Part shown: positions 50,580 through 57,158 of the stretch, piece after piece
Layout: each line of letters opens with the position of its first letter
Position numbering within the stretch: position 1 is the first letter of the stretch
Origin: an uncultured Succinatimonas sp.
Lineage (GTDB): Bacteria > Pseudomonadota > Gammaproteobacteria > Enterobacterales > Succinivibrionaceae
Length of the DNA: 57,158 nucleotides
NCBI GenBank assembly: GCA_937880335.1
Contig: CALFLJ010000104.1
Location: 1 to 57,158 of the forward strand
Direction of reading: 5' to 3'
Position numbers and translations under genes: made by a program
Notes under the pieces: model-generated
What the model was told of the DNA's origin: nothing
Database searches by the model: none
The model's input: the letters and a program-made list of their open reading frames with translations, nothing else

Positions 50580-52745
50580 ATGGGAGAGAGCCTCTATTCT
50601 CTGATTAAAGAAGGCCAATCACCCACGAGTGTGGCCTTAGCCTCTCCTAACTTTCACTATTATGCCCATCTTAGGGAAATAGTTTCCTCATACTTAAGTC
50701 CAAATAAAATAGAAGAAGTTGACAAAGCTTTTGTGGTTGCAGATTTTGCCCACAGACCTCAACGACGCGCCTCTGGTGAACCTTATATAATCCATCCAAT
50801 AGCTGTAGCTACCATAATTGCACAGATGCATTTAGATACGGAATCTCTACAAGCAGCTTTACTTCATGACGTTGTTGAAGATACTGAAGTTAGAGATAAT
50901 GATCTAGAGAAAATTTTTGGTACAACTGTCAAAGAACTTGTTGAAGGCGTAACAAAGTTAGATAAACTTCGTTTCCATAACTATAAAGAGGCTCAAGCAG
51001 AAAACTTTCGAAAAATGATCCTTGCTATGATAAAGGATATACGTGTAATCCTTATCAAGCTTGCCGATAGAACCCATAATATGAGAACTTTAGGAGCCTT
51101 GCGTCCAGATAAACGAAAACGTATTGCTCTTGAAACACTAGATGTTTTCAGTCCCATCGCTAATCGCTTAGGCATTTCAGATATAAAAGCTGAACTTGAA
51201 GAATTAGGCATGGCCTCTTTATATCCAATGCGTTACCGGGTTCTCAAATCAGCAGTTATGCGAGCAAGGAATAATCGAAAAGAGGTTGTTAACTCAATAT
51301 TGGAGGCTATAAAATCACGCCTAAAAGAAGCTAATATTGAAGCTAAAGTATTAGGTAGGGAAAAACGCCTATTATCTATATACAGAAAAATGGTTTCAAA
51401 GGAGCTCCCGTTCCGTGAAATCATGGATGTTTATGCATTCAGGATAATTTTAAAGGACGTAGATACTTGTTATAGAGTTTTAGGACAAGTACATAATCTT
51501 TTTAAACCTCGTCCTGGGGGATTTAAAGATTATATTGCAATTCCAAAGATAAATGGTTATCAATCTTTACATACTTCTCTAATCGGACCTCATGGAGTTC
51601 CTCTTGAGATACAAATAAGAACTGAGTTTATGGATCAAATGGCAGCTAGGGGTGTTGCTGCTCATTGGTCTTATAAAGAATCTGGATCAAAGCCTGTATC
51701 AACAACTTCACAAAAAAATGCACAGGCTTGGATTAAAAGTCTTATTGATTTGCAACAAAGTGCAGCAAATTCAATGGAATTTGTTGAAGACGTCAAAAAA
51801 GATTTATTCCCTGACTCTATTTTTGTCTTCACACCTGAAGGTAAGATATATAACCTACCTACAGGATCAACACCTGTAGATTTTGCATTTGCCGTTCATA
51901 CAGATATAGGACTTCACTGCATTGGTGCTACAGTAAATCACCATATGTATCCACTTTCTCGCCCGTTGCAGTCAGGACAAAGCGTTGAAATCTTAATCTC
52001 ACAGACAGCCCGTCCTAACGCTATATGGCTATCTAGCGTTGTTACATCAAGGGCACGCTCTAAAATTAGACAATATCTAAAAAGCCTTAGAACACAAGAG
52101 TGTGAGCTTATCGGACGTCGCCTTTTACAAAACACGATGCGAGGAACTCAGATTAACAATATAAGTGCCGAAGAAACTAAAGCCCTACTTAATAACTTCC
52201 ACCAGCCTAGTTTAGAAGCATTATTTGTAAGTGTTGCTACAGGAGATATCTTTCCTGTTGCGGTTGCAAAATTCCTAGATCCACAATTACACCGTAGTAA
52301 TAACCTTCCAGTAAAAGGGACCGGAGGGGTACCTTATACATTCGCTCAGTGTTGCTTGCCAATTCCAGGAGACGATATTATTGCTCATTTAGCACAAGGA
52401 AGAGGCCTTGTAATTCACAACATAAACTGCCGTAACCTAAGACAATCAGATAAGGATCCAAGCAAATCATTAAAAGTACGTTGGGATTTAGCTGTAACAG
52501 CTAATATGGAATTTAGAACAGGTATTTTAGTTGAACTCGAAAACCGTCAAGGTATTGTTTCAGAAATATCAAATGCAATTGACATTGCAGGATCCCGTAT
52601 TGAAAGTATAAATTCAGACATTAAAGATGAAAAAACTTTTATGATGAATTTAATTGTCACAGTAAGAGATCGTTTGCATTTAGCAGGGGTTATTCGTCAT
52701 ATCAAAGCTGTACCTAATGTTATAAGTATTCATCGTCGCCGTTAA
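50580..52745 (+). CDS. spoT: Bifunctional (p)ppGpp hydrolase/synthetase
   Basis: HDVVED hydrolase motif, NGYQSLHT, EIQIRT, TGS, zinc-finger and ACT domains; follows rpoZ. Confidence 0.96.
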   Translation: MGESLYSLIKEGQSPTSVALASPNFHYYAHLREIVSSYLSPNKIEEVDKAFVVADFAHRPQRRASGEPYIIHPIAVATIIAQMHLDTESLQAALLHDVVEDTEVRDNDLEKIFGTTVKELVEGVTKLDKLRFHNYKEAQAENFRKMILAMIKDIRVILIKLADRTHNMRTLGALRPDKRKRIALETLDVFSPIANRLGISDIKAELEELGMASLYPMRYRVLKSAVMRARNNRKEVVNSILEAIKSRLKEANIEAKVLGREKRLLSIYRKMVSKELPFREIMDVYAFRIILKDVDTCYRVLGQVHNLFKPRPGGFKDYIAIPKINGYQSLHTSLIGPHGVPLEIQIRTEFMDQMAARGVAAHWSYKESGSKPVSTTSQKNAQAWIKSLIDLQQSAANSMEFVEDVKKDLFPDSIFVFTPEGKIYNLPTGSTPVDFAFAVHTDIGLHCIGATVNHHMYPLSRPLQSGQSVEILISQTARPNAIWLSSVVTSRARSKIRQYLKSLRTQECELIGRRLLQNTMRGTQINNISAEETKALLNNFHQPSLEALFVSVATGDIFPVAVAKFLDPQLHRSNNLPVKGTGGVPYTFAQCCLPIPGDDIIAHLAQGRGLVIHNINCRNLRQSDKDPSKSLKVRWDLAVTANMEFRTGILVELENRQGIVSEISNAIDIAGSRIESINSDIKDEKTFMMNLIVTVRDRLHLAGVIRHIKAVPNVISIHRRR

Positions 52746-52774
52746 AGCATAAAACGCTCGTAAGTAAAGGGGGA

Positions 52775-53767
52775 ATGCCCGTTATGAGTACACAAGAGAT
52801 TTGCATTAATTTCTTAACTGATATTAAATATAATGACTTAAAATTTGATATTGAAAAATTTTATGAAACTCAAATTTTAAATCATTCTTTTACACATCCA
52901 TCAGGCTTAACTTTAACAGCTGTTGAATTACCTGGTAGCTTGAAAAAACCAGCTTTAGTAATAATCCCTGGTCGTGGCGAAATTGCACATAAGTATGCAG
53001 AATTTCTTTACTCTTTAAAAGACAGCAATATTAGAGTTGTTATTTTATTTGCGAGAGCACAAGGTGGATCTACTCGCCTTTTAGCTGATGAAGAGCGTTG
53101 TCACATAGATGATTTCGCAAATTTTAGACAAGACATTGATTTTTTAATAAAAAAACTAAAGATTGAAAAATATAATCTTATGGCTTTTTCTCTTGGTTGC
53201 CTTATAAGTTTAGATCTCATATTAAATAGCAATGTAAAGCCCCAAAAAGCAGCTTTGTTGGCTCCTTATATTTATCCATTCTACCCCTTGCCAAAATTTA
53301 TATTAGGGGCTCTTATTCGTATCCTAGGAGCATTACCTATAAGCAATATTGCCTATACTCCACATGGAGGAAAATATAAACGAATTGCTTTTGAGGAAAA
53401 CAATCACTCGCACAGTAAAATACGATATAACGCTTATCATGATTATTATGCAGATCACAAAAATCTTACAATTGGAGGCCCTACCTGGGGCTTTCTGCGT
53501 CAAACCTACATCGCACAACAAAAACTTTTAAAAGGAAATTTTGAATTTCCAATTCCAATTAGAGTATTATGCGCTGGGGATGATAAGGTTGTAGACACAA
53601 AGGTTGCGTTTGAGTTTTTTAAAAAACATAGCAAAGATAAATATGCACCTAAAGTAAGTATTATTAAAAATGCTTATCATGATTTACTAATTGAAGCGGA
53701 CGAATATAGACTACAATCTCTAAACTATGCAATAAAATTTTTATTTGAAGACAATATGTTAGATTAA
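52775..53767 (+). CDS. Alpha/beta hydrolase, lysophospholipase L2 (PldB)-like
   Basis: PGRGE..KY.E, R.QGGS.R, AFSLG nucleophile elbow, IGGPTW, DKVV, AYHDLL.E.D. Confidence 0.8.
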   Translation: MPVMSTQEICINFLTDIKYNDLKFDIEKFYETQILNHSFTHPSGLTLTAVELPGSLKKPALVIIPGRGEIAHKYAEFLYSLKDSNIRVVILFARAQGGSTRLLADEERCHIDDFANFRQDIDFLIKKLKIEKYNLMAFSLGCLISLDLILNSNVKPQKAALLAPYIYPFYPLPKFILGALIRILGALPISNIAYTPHGGKYKRIAFEENNHSHSKIRYNAYHDYYADHKNLTIGGPTWGFLRQTYIAQQKLLKGNFEFPIPIRVLCAGDDKVVDTKVAFEFFKKHSKDKYAPKVSIIKNAYHDLLIEADEYRLQSLNYAIKFLFEDNMLD

Positions 53768-53811
53768 ATAATAGTAACTATAAAATTGTCATGAGTTGAA
53801 CGGAGCAAAAA

Positions 53812-54963
53812 ATGCCTACAGAGGAAAATTTGGGAATTTCTGAGGATAATTTAATTCCCATAAACATTATTACAGGTTTTTTAGGTAGTGGGAAAACAAC
53901 ACTACTCAATCATTGGGTAAATAGTTCTGATTTTAAAGATACTTTGGTTCTAATCAACGAATTTGGTGATGTAGGACTTGATCATGAACTAGTACAGTCT
54001 GTTGATGATTCTGTTGTTTTACTACAATCAGGTTGTATCTGCTGCTCTCTTCAGGGAGCTTTAATTGACTGTTTAGTGCAAAATTATGTCAAAGCACAAC
54101 GCGGAGATATTCCTTTATTTAAAAGAGTACTAATTGAAACTACCGGACTTGCAGATCCTGCAGGAGTAATTGCTACTATCAATGGTGATGAATTTTTACT
54201 CGACCATTTCCGTTATGACGGAACTGTCACAGTTTTAGACGGTAAGTATGTACGCGAGCAACTATCTAAACAGTATGAAGCAGTCAAACAGATCGCACTG
54301 GCAGATCTAATTTTAGTTAGTAAAACAGACCTAATTGATTCAGATGAGTTAGATGCTATTTATGAAGTTGCCTCTAAAATAAATCCATCGGCAAAGATCT
54401 ACCCTATGGTAAAAGGTAATTTTGATCCTCATGCTTTATTCGAAATTGGTCCGTATAAAACAGCAAATCAAAATTACGACGAACAAGTCAAAGGATGGTT
54501 AAGCATAAAATCTCAAAAGATTGCCCCGTCATTTAGACCTGCTACTGTATCAGGTGCTGTAGGTGTAGCAAAACCGCGCATAATAGCACACTCTGATATA
54601 GATTCTTTTGCAATTGAAGTTAAAGATCCAATCGAGCCCTTAGCTTTATTATCTGCAGTTACAGGCGTTCAGGACAACTTTGGTGATTCAATTTTACGTA
54701 TTAAAGGTATATTAAATCTTAAAGATGAGCCAAAACCTGTAGTTATTCATGGAGTGCAGGGACAACTATATCCACTTTCTGCTTTAAACGAATGGCCTGA
54801 CGATAATCATATTTCTAAATTGGTTTTTATCTGTCGAGCCTCGGTGATAGATCAAGTAAAGCTTATGTTTGAGAAGATGATTAATAATCCCGACGAAGCG
54901 GCTATGGTATATTACCAACAGCTTATGGAAAATATCGATACACCAGTGGATGAAAATCCATAA
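53812..54963 (+). CDS. COG0523/CobW-family G3E GTPase metallochaperone
   Basis: GFLGSGKTT, NEFG, GCICCS, ETTGLADP, SKTD, LRIKG. Confidence 0.93.
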   Translation: MPTEENLGISEDNLIPINIITGFLGSGKTTLLNHWVNSSDFKDTLVLINEFGDVGLDHELVQSVDDSVVLLQSGCICCSLQGALIDCLVQNYVKAQRGDIPLFKRVLIETTGLADPAGVIATINGDEFLLDHFRYDGTVTVLDGKYVREQLSKQYEAVKQIALADLILVSKTDLIDSDELDAIYEVASKINPSAKIYPMVKGNFDPHALFEIGPYKTANQNYDEQVKGWLSIKSQKIAPSFRPATVSGAVGVAKPRIIAHSDIDSFAIEVKDPIEPLALLSAVTGVQDNFGDSILRIKGILNLKDEPKPVVIHGVQGQLYPLSALNEWPDDNHISKLVFICRASVIDQVKLMFEKMINNPDEAAMVYYQQLMENIDTPVDENP

Positions 54964-54986
54964 AATTCAGAAAAAATTTAATTACC

Positions 54987-55025
54987 AAAAACTCCCTTTA
55001 AATAAATTAAAGAGAGTTTTTTTTT
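54987..55025 (+). terminator. Terminator after the COG0523 gene
   Basis: AAAAACTCCCTTTAA...TTAAAGAGAGTTTTTTTTT. Confidence 0.7.
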
Positions 55026-55253
55026 GAAGAGGACAAAATTTATCATAAAAATAAAAAGCAAGTAGTACGCTGAAAATTTTTAGCTAAATAAAATAGCATA
55101 ACAAGCTCTATTAATAGCTTAAATATAACTAAAATAATTAGATAAAAAAGTCTTTAAGATGATAATTTAATTTTTTTAGTAAAAAGTTTCGAAACTATGG
55201 ATAACGTTTTGGAAACAGCTATGAATATATAATTGATAGTATTTATAAAATTT

Positions 55254-55291
55254 AAAAGGCCTGTCTTCAATCTGTATAGAAGAAAGGCCTT
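55254..55291 (-). terminator. Probable ompA terminator
   Basis: AAAAGGCCT.TCTTC...GAAGA.AGGCCTT. Confidence 0.6.
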
Positions 55292-55361
55292 AAGTTGTGA
55301 AGCTTAGAAATTTAAATAATAAATTTCTTTGAGCATAATATTTTATGTTTAAAGCTTAATA

Positions 55362-56378
55362 TTAGATGACTTTTTCTTTGGTGGTATCGCCACTTACAAC
55401 AACTTCAACACGACGATCTGGAGATAAGCAGTTAATTAGTTCAGACTTGACCTTAACAGTATCGCACTTGTTGCCAGTTACAGGAGAAGACTCACCACGT
55501 CCTTCAACAGTCTTAACAGTAGTAACACCCTGTGCCTTTAACTCAGAAGCTACAGAGACAGCGCGCTTTTCGGAGAGTTTTTGGTTGTAAGACTCTGCAC
55601 CAATACGATCGGTGTAACCATAAACTTCATATTCGGTATTAGCTAACTTTGATGCATCAGCTACAATTGCACCAACAGCTTTTTTACCCTCATCACAAAG
55701 CTCTGAACCGTCAAATGGGAATAACATTGAAGCATCTAAAGTATGACTCTCTGTTACGCGGACAACTTCACGCTCAACTGGAGCTGCTACAGGAGCTACA
55801 GGACCACCAAATGTATACTGTGCACCAACATATAACAAGCCTGTATCCATATCAGGTTGATCGTTCTCGTCATATGACTTGAAGTAATAATCATAACCGA
55901 CACGAACAGCAAAGTTCTTAGTGAAGGCATACTGAGCACCAACACCTACTAAAGGAGCAAATCTCTGCTCTTGTCCACCATACTCTACGTCAGTTGTAAT
56001 GTAAGCAACACCAATCTTTGCAAAAATGTCTGAACCTACATCATCAAATGACCAAGCAAAACGACCATAAAGCTCAGGACCAAAGCTACTGAAATCAGCC
56101 TTAGCAGAGCCATCCTTTAATTTAGCCTCAAAACCATCCATGTAGTTAAAGCCTAGGCCTAATGCAGCCCAATTAGTGAAATTGTATTCACCATAAAGAC
56201 CTACACCATAACCATTCTTTTCAGAAACTTCAGCGTAACTAGAATCATCGGCAAACTGATGAGCCCAACCACCGCGAGCGCCAACAGTCCAAGAATTCTC
56301 TAAAGCTGCATTAGCAGCAAAAGATGATGCAACTAAAACAGAGGCTACAGATAAAGCTAATACATTAATCTTCTTCAT
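55362..56378 (-). CDS. ompA: Outer membrane protein A
   Basis: MKK signal peptide, beta-barrel, Pro/Ala linker PVAPVAAPV, GYTDRIG, NQKLSEKRA, CLSPDRRVE. Confidence 0.95.
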   Translation of the reverse strand: MKKINVLALSVASVLVASSFAANAALENSWTVGARGGWAHQFADDSSYAEVSEKNGYGVGLYGEYNFTNWAALGLGFNYMDGFEAKLKDGSAKADFSSFGPELYGRFAWSFDDVGSDIFAKIGVAYITTDVEYGGQEQRFAPLVGVGAQYAFTKNFAVRVGYDYYFKSYDENDQPDMDTGLLYVGAQYTFGGPVAPVAAPVEREVVRVTESHTLDASMLFPFDGSELCDEGKKAVGAIVADASKLANTEYEVYGYTDRIGAESYNQKLSEKRAVSVASELKAQGVTTVKTVEGRGESSPVTGNKCDTVKVKSELINCLSPDRRVEVVVSGDTTKEKVI

Positions 56379-56733
56379 AATTAAATCCAGCACCTAAAAA
56401 AACTAAGTACTGCTCCTTTTTTATTAAGTTTCGTAAAAACTTTTTTTAAGTCTTTACCGATTTATCTACAAAAGTAGTTAAATCGACGCACCCTAAGTAA
56501 TTTCAGTTTCAAAAGAAAATAAAACTAAAAAAATTAAGAGCAAACAACAGCCATAATTTACTAATAAATAACGCATTGTATGTGCAAATATTTTTTAACA
56601 ATTACGGTGTTGTATTTGGTATTTTAGCATAATGTAATTTAAGGAAAAGAGGAGAATTTAAAAGGATTAAACAATAATTTAATCTAATAATTTAGGATAA
56701 AAAAACTTATTGATCGATATAATGTTTTATAAA

Positions 56734-57158
56734 ACCGAGTAGAGGCGATTTCTCTCACTCCTCTCACAACACCGTACGTGCCTATCGGCATGTGGCGTTT
56801 CCCATACGATAGAAGGTTAGATCCTAACTTCAGATCTGATCATCAACTAGTTAAAGTTTATGCTTCTCATCATTTATCTATCTACAACAGCTCGACCGCA
56901 TCCTTAGCATTACCCTCACTCTCTTAGCTACTCTCTTGCTTTATCGTGCACTTCTGCCCTTATATTCTCATCGTGCATTCCTTTTTGTGGCTACATTATG
57001 TTGTAGTTCCTCCTGTTTTCACACTCGTTGGGTTCGGTCCTTTACGCTTAGTCCTCGCTACTACGACCTTTGCTGACTTCTTGTCATTCGTTGTTACTAC
57101 GGGTTCCCGCTGACAAGACCTCCTCAGGTAAGAGCTCTTTCTTTCCCTCCATCTATCC
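56734..57158 (-). mobile_element. ORF-less group IIC intron: end of DI through DVI; 5' part beyond the window
   Basis: Minus strand: CTTACCTGAGGAGGTCT; DII stem TCTTGTCA/TGACAAGA; AGTCAGCAAAGGTCGTAGTA...AAGGACCGAAC (J2/3, DIII); DV AACGCCACATGCCGATAGGCACGTACGGTGTT with a CGC triad; DVI GAGGAG...CCTCTACTC; ends CGGT. Confidence 0.92.

Noticed and set aside
54964..55361. CRISPR array or tRNA in the longer intergenic regions
   Set aside because: No regularly spaced repeats or cloverleaf signatures seen here or elsewhere in the window
57125..57158. Terminal repeat as evidence of a circular replicon or prophage att site
   Set aside because: The matching copy starts at 56, not 1, lies in intron DI, and the enclosed genes are chromosomal core with no integrase

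Overview
AT-rich chromosomal core region of a gammaproteobacterium. The gene set and order (long-form ilvC with divergent ilvY; yrdD-purE-tsaC-aroE divergent from def-fmt-rsmB-trkA-trkH; rnb, PLD-type pssA, gmk-rpoZ-spoT) suggest Aeromonadales, possibly Succinivibrionaceae; this is inference. About 42 mostly housekeeping genes lie between two minus-strand copies of the same class C (IIC) group II intron at the window ends, and neither copy is a normal intact element. The left copy sits directly after the ilvC terminator with an EBS1-IBS1 match, and its domain I joins straight to what looks like the middle of an RT ORF. The right copy has domains II-VI but only about 230 nt of ORF-less domain IV and an altered domain V. 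Other notable items: a MelB-type permease fused to a Fru/Ntr-type PTS EIIA domain, followed by an orphan ModA-like binding protein; an NtrC lacking GAFTGA with degenerate Walker motifs, next to glnL but without glnA; a chemoreceptor resembling Campylobacter/Helicobacter Tlps; and a TrkH with Cys replacing a pore-loop Gly. No rRNA, tRNA or CRISPR array was seen. Reference sequences and residue numbers were recalled from memory, not searched.
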